Origin: a virus
Taxonomy: Duplodnaviria; Caudoviricetes
Length of the DNA: 64,000 nucleotides
Virus record (IMG/VR): IMGVR_UViG_3300013383_000026
Span: 1-64,000 of that record
Strand: one strand, 5' to 3'
The notes under the pieces are model-generated. The model saw nothing but the letters and a program-made list of their open reading frames with translations, made no database searches and was not told where the DNA came from. Below are positions 36,152-46,190 of this stretch, piece by piece. Position numbers and translations under genes: made by a program. Numbering within the stretch: position 1 is the stretch's first letter; the number at the start of each line of letters is the position of its first letter.

Positions 36152-38470
36152 TTAATTATTAATCAGCCAAGCCCATGTTGCTTTATCTGCCATACCAGTA
36201 GCAGGTATCTTGGCTTTTGCTTGTGCTATTTTTATTGCATTATAAGTGCCAGAACCAAAGTCGGCATCTGCACCAGACGAACCACAAGAAATATTACTAT
36301 CAATTAAAAGGTGCTGAAGCTTTTTGACAGCCATACCCTTATCGCCCTTTTTAAGTTCAGGAGGATTAAATACAACCTCAGTCTCATCGGGATTCTCAGG
36401 CTTAGGCTCTTCGGGCTTTTTGCCTATATAATCATCTGTACCATAACCATCATTATACATCGGATGTCCAAAACCAGCTATTTCACTTATATAGCGCTTC
36501 TTCTTAACAACGCCGTCAACGCCATTACGAACTTCCTGATTGCCCTCAATGGTATCAATCATAGTATCAGATACACCAACAACTAAGCCAGTATGCCCGG
36601 TAGAACCCATGCCATCAGATAAGAAGAATTGGTCTCCAATCTGGGGCTTCATATCAAGTCTATTTTGTGCCTTATAATATGCCATAGATTGAGGACAACC
36701 GGCACCATAGCTATACTGAGGCTGACAATTAACGGTAAAGGAATCGTTCTCGCCATATGCTTTAACAAAACACCAGTCGCAGAATATGTCACACCAATTC
36801 AACCCTTGCTTGCGGTCGTGATAGTAATAATTCTTTATAGCATCTAAATCTCTGGCATACTTGTTAAAATTAGCCTGTCCAGCATTCGCTTCTCTGTCGT
36901 CAAGCTGTGATTCACTCTTTTTCTCAAGATAACCAACTTCTGCATAAGCTATATCAAGCAAAACCTGTCTGTCGAATTGAGTTTTAGTAGGCGTAGGTGC
37001 TGGAACATTATCTTTCTTAACCTCAGTCGGCTCATCGTCCTTTATATCATCACCAAGCAATTTAGCCCAAGTGGCTTCACCAATAATGCCATCAACTTCA
37101 AGACCATTAGCCTTCTGAAAAGCTATAACAGCATTATATGTGCCATCACCAAAATCACCATCAGCTCCAAAACTACCACAAGAATAACCTCTGGCTATAA
37201 GTAGCTGTTGCGCTTTCTTTACATGTGTCCCCTTATCGCCCTTCTTAATTTCGGGCATTCCAGTTGATGTAGCCGTATTATCATCTTGTTTTGGCTCAGT
37301 AGGAACAACAGTGCTATCTTCAACAGAATTACCAACAAACTCGTCATTATAATTCGGTCTACCATAACCAGCTATGAAACTATAGTTGAGCGGATAGGAC
37401 TTCTTGCACACGCAGCCGCCGTTCGATATGACGCCGAACGCATCGGACGTATTGCCCTCTATGGTGTACACCGTCGTGTCGTCCACCTTGTACACAAGCC
37501 CGGTATGGTTGCTGTTGCCGACGTTCCCGAAGAATATCTGGTCGCCTGGCTCAGGTCTCTCTCCGCGCTTGTGGAATCTTCCGGCGGCGATGAAGTAGTT
37601 GAGGGAATACGTGCAGCCAGCGCCGCTGCTCCCTCGCTTGGCGCAGAGCAGCTTGAGAGCGTTATCAACACCGAAGCTCTTGACGAAGAGCCAGTCAACG
37701 AACACCTCGCACCATGCGTGTCCCTGCTTCTTGCCGTTGTAGAAATTGCCTATCGCGTCAAGGTCGCGTGCATACTTCGTGTAGTTGGCAGAACCGCCGT
37801 TCGCCAGCTTCTCATCCAGAAGCAGCGCGTTGCGCTTCTCTATGTACCCGACTTCGGACTCAGCGAGAGCTATGAGCTCCCGCCGGTCAAATACGTCAGT
37901 CTCCGGCGCGGCGGGTGCAGTCGGGGTTTCCGGCTCAGTCGTGCCGCCCTCAGAGATGAGCTCTTCCCATGCATTCGCACACCGCGTGCGCTTCTCAATC
38001 GCGCTGCTCTGGTTGGCAGATTTCTCATACTCTGTCACGCATATCTTCACGGCGGCGGTGATGCTGTCCGTGGTGGTGAGTATTTTCCACGTCCGGGTGT
38101 AACGCGTCTGCATCTCCTTGAGCATGAACGCTATCTGCGTGTCAAGGTCACCTACGGACGCGCCGCGCGACTTTGCGAAGTCAAGAAGATTCTTCTTCCT
38201 ACCCCAGTACGTCCACTGCGCTATGCCGTACCCAGCGCTGTCCTTGATGAAAAACTTTCCGTTACAGATAGGCTCGCCAGCGTCTGCACGTCGGGTATAT
38301 TCTTCCTCTGTCAGCTTGAAGCGGTTGAGGTATGAGGTCTCAACGCGCATCGGGTCGAAGTCGCTTGCCTCACCCTGCAAGTTCCCCAGCAGTCCTATCG
38401 CTCCCGCGAGGGTCATGCCTGCCGCACGGCAGGCGTTGTAGATGTATTGCGCTCTCTCGTTAGTGGTCAT
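36152..38470 (-). CDS. Multi-domain endolysin: phage lysozyme-2-like + CHAP + PG-binding + CHAP + PG-binding
   Basis: GNLQGE...GYGIAQWT...R; two copies of A..EVGY.EK...KYARDLD...WC..F.DW.F...GC...GD.F...HTGLV...TIEGN; two G..V..LQ.LLI...G.DG.FG..T..A...Q repeats. Confidence 0.85.
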   Translation of the reverse strand: MTTNERAQYIYNACRAAGMTLAGAIGLLGNLQGEASDFDPMRVETSYLNRFKLTEEEYTRRADAGEPICNGKFFIKDSAGYGIAQWTYWGRKKNLLDFAKSRGASVGDLDTQIAFMLKEMQTRYTRTWKILTTTDSITAAVKICVTEYEKSANQSSAIEKRTRCANAWEELISEGGTTEPETPTAPAAPETDVFDRRELIALAESEVGYIEKRNALLLDEKLANGGSANYTKYARDLDAIGNFYNGKKQGHAWCEVFVDWLFVKSFGVDNALKLLCAKRGSSGAGCTYSLNYFIAAGRFHKRGERPEPGDQIFFGNVGNSNHTGLVYKVDDTTVYTIEGNTSDAFGVISNGGCVCKKSYPLNYSFIAGYGRPNYNDEFVGNSVEDSTVVPTEPKQDDNTATSTGMPEIKKGDKGTHVKKAQQLLIARGYSCGSFGADGDFGDGTYNAVIAFQKANGLEVDGIIGEATWAKLLGDDIKDDEPTEVKKDNVPAPTPTKTQFDRQVLLDIAYAEVGYLEKKSESQLDDREANAGQANFNKYARDLDAIKNYYYHDRKQGLNWCDIFCDWCFVKAYGENDSFTVNCQPQYSYGAGCPQSMAYYKAQNRLDMKPQIGDQFFLSDGMGSTGHTGLVVGVSDTMIDTIEGNQEVRNGVDGVVKKKRYISEIAGFGHPMYNDGYGTDDYIGKKPEEPKPENPDETEVVFNPPELKKGDKGMAVKKLQHLLIDSNISCGSSGADADFGSGTYNAIKIAQAKAKIPATGMADKATWAWLINN

Positions 38471-38580
38471 GTGGATACCTCTTCTGCTAGCAGTGCCTCA
38501 ACTGCCGCGCGCAGTCGGGCGGGTACATCATCTATCGTTTTCAAGCCCTTGCGTATCAAGGCGGCGTAGATTTTAACCAT
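38467..38580 (-). CDS. Small CD1375/XkdX-like protein (37 aa)
   Basis: MVKIYAALIRKGLKTIDDVPARLRAAVEALL; ATGA overlap with the endolysin. Confidence 0.7.
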   Translation of the reverse strand: MVKIYAALIRKGLKTIDDVPARLRAAVEALLAEEVST

Positions 38581-38989
38581 TTCCGGAACCTCCAATCATT
38601 GCTTCATAGATTTCCGCGAGCGCAAGCTGTATCTCAGTTATCGCGTCGGCGTTCTTCTGCGCGGTGGGGGCGTTCGCCTGAGCCTTTCGCTGAGCCTCTA
38701 TCCCCGTCAGCTCGTCTGCGGTATACGGCACGTAGATCTGTATTGTTATCTCCTCGTCCCATGCGTCCTGTGCCTTTACAGCGGCGACGTCAATGACCTT
38801 GGCAACGTCCTGTCCGCCGTTGGGATACTCAGCAATGGTTTCGTAATGTGACAGCTCCTCTACGCCTGCGACGGCGTCATGGTGCACAGTCTGAGTCTCC
38901 TGCTTGACGTAGCCTTTTGACAGGTCGGGGTTTTCAGCAACGCTGCCGTCAATATTAAATATTTGCATACTTCCTCCTTTAAGCAACAC
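38573..38989 (-). CDS. Tail-fibre-associated (chaperone-like) protein
   Basis: PDLSKGY...HH.AV....H...AEYPNGG.DV..V.D...V.A..AWDE...Y.PYT motif. Confidence 0.7.
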   Translation of the reverse strand: MLLKGGSMQIFNIDGSVAENPDLSKGYVKQETQTVHHDAVAGVEELSHYETIAEYPNGGQDVAKVIDVAAVKAQDAWDEEITIQIYVPYTADELTGIEAQRKAQANAPTAQKNADAITEIQLALAEIYEAMIGGSGNG

Positions 38990-39443
38990 GTTTCCACATA
39001 TAAATTACTACATATGGGGGCATATTGTTGTGGGCGGCGCTGCCGCCTGTGCTGTTGCCATAAACACCCAACCGTTTGATAGTTTCTGCTGAGGAGTTCT
39101 GGAAGAAAGTGCCGTCCTGACAAAGCCAGTCCCACTGCCTGACATCGATTTGCGGCACGCCGTTGGTTTGGTTCATCGCATACATATGAGAGTGACTCGG
39201 CATCTCTTTGATGATTAACGTGTGCGTCGGCTCGCCGCCCGTACTGCCCGCCGTATATGTATCGCCTGCCGCAAGCAGGAATGTGTCTTTTATCTGCTCC
39301 CAAGTACCGCCGAAGAGCGATGCGGGGGAGGTTTCAGAAACGGACATATATACGCTGCCGACTGGATACACGTCGAGCGCCAGTCCTCCCGAACCGCCGC
39401 CTGCATTTGTCCTCCCAAGCATTAAGCATTCCCCCTCCAGCAA
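38979..39443 (-). CDS. Baseplate/tail collar-like protein (Gp10 C-terminal-like)
   Basis: YPVGSVYMS...P..LFGGTWEQI...FLL, GGE.THTL...EMPSH.H, HNNMPPY..YMWKR. Confidence 0.75.
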   Translation of the reverse strand: MLEGECLMLGRTNAGGGSGGLALDVYPVGSVYMSVSETSPASLFGGTWEQIKDTFLLAAGDTYTAGSTGGEPTHTLIIKEMPSHSHMYAMNQTNGVPQIDVRQWDWLCQDGTFFQNSSAETIKRLGVYGNSTGGSAAHNNMPPYVVIYMWKRVA

Positions 39444-39874
39444 AGTATTGTCGGGATAATTATAGCTGTGTCAGGTACGGATTCAGCATATAAGTATATA
39501 CCACCATCATAACACGCCGCCACAGGTGCAAAATTGCCGCCTGTTGCATCTACAACAGACAAAACAACGTCCGGTATCATGCTCGATAGAACTCCTGTTA
39601 GTGGTACAGATGCTCGATATGAATAATCCACATAAGAGCTATCTGCCACAAAAGCCGTGGTAGCCACAGATATATTCTCAAATATCAATTTGACAGCATC
39701 CGTAGCTAGTTTTGTTGCAGTTACCGTCTTATCGCCATAATTGTTAGTCTGACACACCAAAGGGTCGGTGCCATCAGCCTTATGACTGGCGGCATGAGTT
39801 GCAGGAGTAGGAAGCAATGTGTCATAATCAGTACCATTATACCGATTTATATCTATTTCATATTTTTGAGCCAA
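39422..39874 (-). CDS. Tail-associated protein
   Basis: ORF in the tail module with RBS. Confidence 0.65.
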   Translation of the reverse strand: MAQKYEIDINRYNGTDYDTLLPTPATHAASHKADGTDPLVCQTNNYGDKTVTATKLATDAVKLIFENISVATTAFVADSSYVDYSYRASVPLTGVLSSMIPDVVLSVVDATGGNFAPVAACYDGGIYLYAESVPDTAIIIPTILCWRGNA

Positions 39875-39880
39875 ATTATA

Positions 39881-40546
39881 TCACTCCTTCATTTTTAACC
39901 AAATTTGACCTAAATATCTTTTAGTTGGTTGTTCAATAGATGATTCAATACCAACAGGCTCATGTTTAACAAATATCTCCCAATATTCAGAAGATTCGCT
40001 TGGAGCTTGATTCACATTAGTAGCCTTTGCCACCCATGACGCATTATTATAAAACACTAAATCAAGTGGATTATAATTAACAAATGAACTCCAATTATAA
40101 AGCAAATTTAACCCAACGCCCGGAGCGCCTATATCACCCCTAAGCCCTATTTCTTTCCAATATGTAATATTAGTAGGCAAATTCCCTGTACTATCGACTG
40201 AATTTATATACATATAATACAGATTGTTATATATTACAAAGTTGTATCTAGTATATTCTCCACCAACATCCCATTCATGTGCATTCCTAAATTCATTTAT
40301 TAATGTATTATATTGAACCTCTAATGAGTCCATATAATCGGGAACATTGGCAAAGTAATTCTGTTGTTGAGCCGTTAATGAATCTGCTATATCATTAATT
40401 TTATCAGCATCAAATATTTTTGTATCTAATTGAGGATTAGCCGAAATAATGTTACTCATTCCAGCATAATCGCCATTAGTCATATTTTGAGCATATTGAT
40501 TTTTTAATGTTAAATCATCTATTTGTATATCTTGTACTCTAGCCAT
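39881..40546 (-). CDS. Tail/baseplate protein with carbohydrate-binding-like repeats
   Basis: W.....Y...D.V.Y....W repeats; paralog of 40556-41287. Confidence 0.65.
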   Translation of the reverse strand: MARVQDIQIDDLTLKNQYAQNMTNGDYAGMSNIISANPQLDTKIFDADKINDIADSLTAQQQNYFANVPDYMDSLEVQYNTLINEFRNAHEWDVGGEYTRYNFVIYNNLYYMYINSVDSTGNLPTNITYWKEIGLRGDIGAPGVGLNLLYNWSSFVNYNPLDLVFYNNASWVAKATNVNQAPSESSEYWEIFVKHEPVGIESSIEQPTKRYLGQIWLKMKE

Positions 40547-40555
40547 TTATCACCA

Positions 40556-41287
40556 TCACGACTTTCTCTTAAACCACAAATAGCCCTCTTGCATATTTGT
40601 AGGTTGAGTTGTAGAAAAGGGGTAAACGACCTGTTGTGGGCTATATATGCTTTGCCAATATGAAGAGCCTGATTGCGGCGTTTGATTAGTATTTTGAATC
40701 AAACAGCCCCATACTACATTATCGTATACTACAACATCTTCAACATAATAAGTTTCATCGGATTTCCAAGCGTATCTAAATGACAAATTTTCCCCAGACG
40801 CGCCTTGTATCCCTTTGAAGCTTAATTGCCGCCAGTAATTACTATCAGTCGGCGGTGTTCCAACAGGCGGTCTTACAGTACATATAAATACCTGTGTATC
40901 GCCATTAATAACATAAGTAATAAAATTATTTATTTCATATTGTATACTAACGCTATAATCGCCGACATAATTAAATTGATTTATTCTATTGCCCCATATA
41001 GTTTGCTGAGACTGTATATAAGGTTCTATGTCCGACTTATAAAATCGTTGCAATGCTACACAAGTATCCATCAATGTATTCATTTTTGTAGCATCGATAA
41101 ATTTCTGATTGGCATTTGTTATTTGGCTATAATACTGCTGCGCCAATGTATTATTGCCAGCTTGCATAGCCTGTTGATAACCAGTTACAGCCGCTCCGTC
41201 AGCTATACTCATATTGAGCATTGTAACGAAGCTCTGAATATTATCAGGAAATGTAGTAAATTGCAATGATGGATATTGATTACTCAA
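40556..41287 (-). CDS. Tail/baseplate protein, paralog of 39881-40546
   Basis: Same repeat pattern; PPTDSNYW..L..KG.QG. Confidence 0.65.
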   Translation of the reverse strand: MSNQYPSLQFTTFPDNIQSFVTMLNMSIADGAAVTGYQQAMQAGNNTLAQQYYSQITNANQKFIDATKMNTLMDTCVALQRFYKSDIEPYIQSQQTIWGNRINQFNYVGDYSVSIQYEINNFITYVINGDTQVFICTVRPPVGTPPTDSNYWRQLSFKGIQGASGENLSFRYAWKSDETYYVEDVVVYDNVVWGCLIQNTNQTPQSGSSYWQSIYSPQQVVYPFSTTQPTNMQEGYLWFKRKS

Positions 41288-41307
41288 ATACTTATCACTC
41301 CTTTCTA

Positions 41308-42873
41308 TTAAAATGACTCATACAGAGGATAAAATCTACTTAAATTCCATGTTTGCTTGCCATCGGGGGCTAAATCAACGTCAATAGATTGAACTAAATA
41401 TTGATTAATTATATCCCCGCCAAGTGGTCTATAATTAACTTTCCAACCAACATCAGCCCAATATATAGGAACTGTTGTTACATTAAGAGTATCATTTAAT
41501 CTGCACCTTAAATATATCTCATATTTAGCTCTCTCTAACGCCAATTCATCGGTTTGGATGTTTTCATAATCATCGCCATATAATGGCAATGTTATTTTGC
41601 CTAATGTGCCACCAACATAAAACGGGCTATTGGGATTATTGTCTTGCCACTTAGCTTGAGCTTGCGCATGCCCCATAAATAGCCAAGTGCCATTGGCTTG
41701 ATAAGAAAATACCCAATATGTATCTTTATCTAACCGCATAATTGGTGCGCCACTTGCATTAACAACTGAATGTCGGCCAAGAAAATTAATTATTACACCT
41801 TCGCCGTTTGTTAATATTAAGCTTTCATCGGCCACATAGCCATTTCGAGACAAGAGCGTTTCATCGACAACAGAGTCTACCTTAATTGTTAAATCCTCAT
41901 TATTAACGATATATACTATCTCACTACTGGAAATAGCATCCTCAGGCAAGACCAACCCTATCATATCATATTCTTTTAACTCTGTCAAGGCCGCAAATTG
42001 TGGTATTATTATATTATCTTCAACAGTTGTCTTGTCTTTTTCGCTGAAATTATCAGGTTCATGTATAACACCATATACTTCAACGGCATTTTTAACCGAT
42101 TCAAAATCAACCGCCACTGATTCACCAATAGCATTATTATCCCATGTATTTAAGTCGATTCTTATAGGGTCATCAGCCTTATAAGGTATCATATCATAAT
42201 GAAATATTCCATCAACGTCAAAATACATTTGATAAGACGGCAATATATCTCTTAACGCCGTTAATACATCCCACCAAGTAGAGCCTTGTTCAAACTCCAT
42301 CTCATAAGGCACATTTTGAATAGCACCGTCAACATTTTGACACTCCGACACTACATAACGATTAAAGCCGTTTTCTTGTAATACGCCAATAATAATCTTT
42401 CGGATGTTTTGACCAACACTAAGTAATACCTTATCTTCGCCAGCTAAGCCAGTCACATAACCATTTCTAAGTCCAGTTAATTTAGCCATCAAATCAACGC
42501 CTTGAAATGATAAAGTATGTGTTTGAGCATCATAACTATAACTCGGCTGATTAATTAAATATATGCCCATATTAGTCCATGATGTTTCGCCAGTACGAAT
42601 ATCATCTATACCAACATAAATTTGTATATATTTATCTAACCATATTTTACCACCAGCCTGAACATTATATGAACTATCAGTTACTACTAATTTAATATTG
42701 CAAGTTCGCCGCATATCGCTATTAGCATCAATACTAACTGAGCCTTTAAGTAGATTCCCCTCTAAACTATCAACTGTCAGAAACTGAAAATTAAGTAAAT
42801 TAACCCTTATATATATATTTCTTATATTTTGATGAGCCGTATTATACTGTGATTGAGTAATTTGGTTAGACAT
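41308..42873 (-). CDS. Baseplate hub/tail protein
   Basis: IDANSDMRRTC, GIYLI, GVDLMAKL; position downstream of the tape measure gene. Confidence 0.6.
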   Translation of the reverse strand: MSNQITQSQYNTAHQNIRNIYIRVNLLNFQFLTVDSLEGNLLKGSVSIDANSDMRRTCNIKLVVTDSSYNVQAGGKIWLDKYIQIYVGIDDIRTGETSWTNMGIYLINQPSYSYDAQTHTLSFQGVDLMAKLTGLRNGYVTGLAGEDKVLLSVGQNIRKIIIGVLQENGFNRYVVSECQNVDGAIQNVPYEMEFEQGSTWWDVLTALRDILPSYQMYFDVDGIFHYDMIPYKADDPIRIDLNTWDNNAIGESVAVDFESVKNAVEVYGVIHEPDNFSEKDKTTVEDNIIIPQFAALTELKEYDMIGLVLPEDAISSSEIVYIVNNEDLTIKVDSVVDETLLSRNGYVADESLILTNGEGVIINFLGRHSVVNASGAPIMRLDKDTYWVFSYQANGTWLFMGHAQAQAKWQDNNPNSPFYVGGTLGKITLPLYGDDYENIQTDELALERAKYEIYLRCRLNDTLNVTTVPIYWADVGWKVNYRPLGGDIINQYLVQSIDVDLAPDGKQTWNLSRFYPLYESF

Positions 42874-43790
42874 TAATTACTCACCTCAGTTAAACCATTG
42901 TTATACAAATCGGCTTGATTATTAGAGTTGCCAATTTCAATCCAGTCAAAACTAACGTCGGCTATGCCCATACCGTATTTACTATCATAAGACGTTGATA
43001 TATTGTCTACCACGAGTAGGCACCAAGAATGACCATTCCAATCCTTAAGTATCTTAGCCTTCTTATTAGTTAAGAAATCCTTTAATGCTTTTTGCTCTTT
43101 AACCATAGCCATACGATTCATGGCTTTAGTCTTAAGATAATCATCGGCTAATACAGTACCAGTAACAGAGCCGGTTTCATAATTAATCAGCCCATTACTT
43201 ACAACAACGGGATACTTACGTCCATAAGGCTCAAATACGCCTATTTTCTGTACTCGCTCATTAGTGCCATATTTGACACCAGCATAGAATTTATATATAG
43301 TGTCTAAATCACAAATAAATACACCGTCAAATTTTGTTGATATTGTATTGGTTATATAATTACCCTCAACGCCACCAACAACTGGTACAAAAGCGTATTC
43401 GTATTGTTCACCACTTGTAGCCAAATTATCATTTAATGTAAAAGATTGAGTAGTTAATGTATCGGCTGAAATATATCTTATTGATACCCAATAAAAATCA
43501 GTCGTTTTACGGCGCTTAATTTTAATGCCATCTATTTGAGACAGAGAAAAGGTGCTGTTACCAGCATTTATACTGCCATTAAAATTAGCATCCATAATGG
43601 TTAAATATTCCCAAGTGGTAGGAATTGCCGAACTGTAACTACTACTTACATCTCTTGTCGCATTCCAATGGTCAAATATACCGTTAGTCAATCTAACTGT
43701 TTTGAAATTATTAGTCAGTATGGGCGCAGGGTCTAAGGCATTGCCATCTTTACAAAAATTATATCCGCACATCATAAACATTGACAACAC
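42873..43790 (-). CDS. Tail protein (distal-tail-like)
   Basis: YEYAFVPV, R.YPVVVSNG.NY..G, K.KILKDWNG. Confidence 0.6.
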   Translation of the reverse strand: MLSMFMMCGYNFCKDGNALDPAPILTNNFKTVRLTNGIFDHWNATRDVSSSYSSAIPTTWEYLTIMDANFNGSINAGNSTFSLSQIDGIKIKRRKTTDFYWVSIRYISADTLTTQSFTLNDNLATSGEQYEYAFVPVVGGVEGNYITNTISTKFDGVFICDLDTIYKFYAGVKYGTNERVQKIGVFEPYGRKYPVVVSNGLINYETGSVTGTVLADDYLKTKAMNRMAMVKEQKALKDFLTNKKAKILKDWNGHSWCLLVVDNISTSYDSKYGMGIADVSFDWIEIGNSNNQADLYNNGLTEVSN

Positions 43791-43797
43791 CTCCTTA

Positions 43798-44874
43798 TTA
43801 TGTTGTTACATTAGCTAATTTTATAGAATATTGATAACCAATACGCCTAATCCAAAATTGTATCTTATCGGTTTCTGTCGGCTTAGGAATCGAAGCGCTA
43901 TAAACGTAATATTTAATATCACCATTAGTAACAGTAGCGTCGGCATATACAGTACCATTATCATTAGTTCTATATCGCACAACTATCCTATTGTCATAAT
44001 CGTCTATCATAGTGATTATGTCTGAATTTTCATTGAAATCTCTACCCCACAATGATGCAGTGAAATTATCATTTAATTCAAAGCCTGAGTCCCATTCGAC
44101 GTATTGGCCGTTGTTTCTGGCATCAACCGCAGTATTATCATCGATATAGATAGGTGGGTCAGGTTCGCTTTCAGAGCCAATTTCGACCAAATTAGATTTA
44201 ACAACTACATAACCGCCAGAACAATTGTTAGTCAATTCAACAATACTAAATACACTCGGAACAGTATATGCAACCGATATCATGATAAGCCCAGTGTCTA
44301 CTTGGGTGCCTTGAGCCGTCTGCCCTATTGCTCTAATATAATATCCCGTTCTATCAATAAATCCAGTGAATTGATAAGAAACAATAGTCGGAGGCGCAGT
44401 GGTAGAACCGGTATATTGTGTGCCACTTGTGGTTATCTGTACTCTTTGAGCATCATATAAAGTAAATGAATAACTATTTAATAACTCACCCTCGGCTTGA
44501 TTGTAAGTTGCTTGAAAATTATATGAGCTGTTGATTATAATATTGTTTATAGGCAAGTTACTAAATACAAAACTCGGCTCAGAATAACAATAAAACTGTA
44601 TGCTGTTAGATTGCGAAGAAGCCGTGCCATTAGCATTATATGTCACTACATAAGCCGAATAGTACACGCCGTTAGTTAATATACCAGCCGGTAATACATG
44701 CTCAAATTTATAGGTAGTCTGTACTGCCCGATATATAACTTCACTCGTGGCTTGATTTATTATAACCAATCTATTTTGTGCTACCTGTTCACCACCTACT
44801 ACATTAAAAGTAAATGTATGAGCTTGAGTAGCATCAAATGCCGCTTGTGAATATAAAATAGGAGCAGTTAACAT
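43798..44874 (-). CDS. Tail protein with fibronectin/Ig-like beta domains
   Basis: Beta-rich composition; position in the tail module. Confidence 0.6.
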   Translation of the reverse strand: MLTAPILYSQAAFDATQAHTFTFNVVGGEQVAQNRLVIINQATSEVIYRAVQTTYKFEHVLPAGILTNGVYYSAYVVTYNANGTASSQSNSIQFYCYSEPSFVFSNLPINNIIINSSYNFQATYNQAEGELLNSYSFTLYDAQRVQITTSGTQYTGSTTAPPTIVSYQFTGFIDRTGYYIRAIGQTAQGTQVDTGLIMISVAYTVPSVFSIVELTNNCSGGYVVVKSNLVEIGSESEPDPPIYIDDNTAVDARNNGQYVEWDSGFELNDNFTASLWGRDFNENSDIITMIDDYDNRIVVRYRTNDNGTVYADATVTNGDIKYYVYSASIPKPTETDKIQFWIRRIGYQYSIKLANVTT

Positions 44875-44891
44875 AACATTATATCACTCCT

Positions 44892-46163
44892 TTACGTTTT
44901 AATTTTATACCAAATATCACCACTATTCATATTAGTAGGTTGAGCTGAAACAAGTTTATTTTTATTGGCTTCCGGATAAGGCGGAGGATTGCTTGCTGAA
45001 TATTGTCTTACATTATCAACATTACTTAATCCTATATCTGATTTACTAAGAGTAACAGCACCAGTTTTTGTATTGACCGAAACAACAGGTGCATTATTCA
45101 TTACATAATCAACTATGCCACCAGCATCAGCAACCGCATTAGTAGCATCATATGTAGCTCTCATCATATCGCCGCCACCAGCAGCAGTTATAGCATCAGA
45201 AACAGCTTTTTCACTAGGTACTTTAGTGGTACTAGAACCCAATGTTGTTGTTACATCAGAAGTTGAAACAGCCCCAATATCACCAGCCACTAAACTGACT
45301 GCGCCAGTCTTGTTATTGATAGATTGAACAGGAGCTTGGGCTGATGTGATAAAACCCGAATCATTAGTAATATCACTTGTTTTACTTGGAATGGACGGCT
45401 TATTAGTTAAATTGTCATAATTCCCATCGCCAGCCCCAATGTTAGTACGAGCCTGTGTTTTCTGTGCGTCAGTTAATGCTTGAGACACATACTTAACCAT
45501 ATTGCTAGTTACTGCACCGCTTTCACCATCAATAGTGGCAACATAAACCGTATTATCCGACAATGCGCCAATATCGGCAGGAGTTAAAGTAATATTTTGA
45601 TTAAGTTGTTTAGAATTAACCGTCCTCGTATCAGGAACAGCATTAATATCGCTCGCTTGTGTAGGAACAACTATATTTGCAGTTATATCATCAGCGTCAT
45701 TCGCCGTAAATTCTGCCACTTTAGTGCCGTTCTTCTGTATAGTTAACTTAGCATCATTAACTACTGGTATAATAGTAGTGCTGGGCATTGCGCCAACATC
45801 TGTTGCCGTCAATACAACTGCGCCTTTTTTATTGTTTACGCTAGTTACTGGATATGCAATTTCATCAATTTTATTATTAACAAAAGAATCTATGCCGCCA
45901 GCAAGCTTGACATCGCCATTGGCATCATAATCATCTTTTTTCATATCTCCTTGCCCAACATTTGTTATGGCATCGGAAACTGCCTTCTCGCTAGGTACTT
46001 TAGTTGTGCTAGAACCTAATGTTTGAGTAATATCAGTTACGGCAACAGCGCCTATGTCTGCTGGGCTTTTAGGTATATCCAAACTAGAAATAGATTCTCT
46101 AGCTTGAGCATCTTTTATGTCATATTTTACATTATCAACAGTTATCGTTGAAATATCTGCCAT
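44892..46163 (-). CDS. Tail fibre-like protein with internal repeats
   Basis: V.SVN.K.GAV.L repeats; duplicated LGSSTTKVPSEKAVSDAIT block. Confidence 0.65.
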   Translation of the reverse strand: MADISTITVDNVKYDIKDAQARESISSLDIPKSPADIGAVAVTDITQTLGSSTTKVPSEKAVSDAITNVGQGDMKKDDYDANGDVKLAGGIDSFVNNKIDEIAYPVTSVNNKKGAVVLTATDVGAMPSTTIIPVVNDAKLTIQKNGTKVAEFTANDADDITANIVVPTQASDINAVPDTRTVNSKQLNQNITLTPADIGALSDNTVYVATIDGESGAVTSNMVKYVSQALTDAQKTQARTNIGAGDGNYDNLTNKPSIPSKTSDITNDSGFITSAQAPVQSINNKTGAVSLVAGDIGAVSTSDVTTTLGSSTTKVPSEKAVSDAITAAGGGDMMRATYDATNAVADAGGIVDYVMNNAPVVSVNTKTGAVTLSKSDIGLSNVDNVRQYSASNPPPYPEANKNKLVSAQPTNMNSGDIWYKIKT

Positions 46164-46190
46164 ATAGAATAACCACTTCCTTTAAGTAGT

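Noticed and set aside
37286-38335. 349-aa plus-strand ORF and other ORFs in the GC-rich patch
   Set aside because: Antisense shadows of the endolysin; long open frames are expected in GC-rich DNA.
38979-46163. Diversity-generating retroelement acting on tail fibres
   Set aside because: No reverse transcriptase and no template/variable repeat pair differing at adenines in the window.
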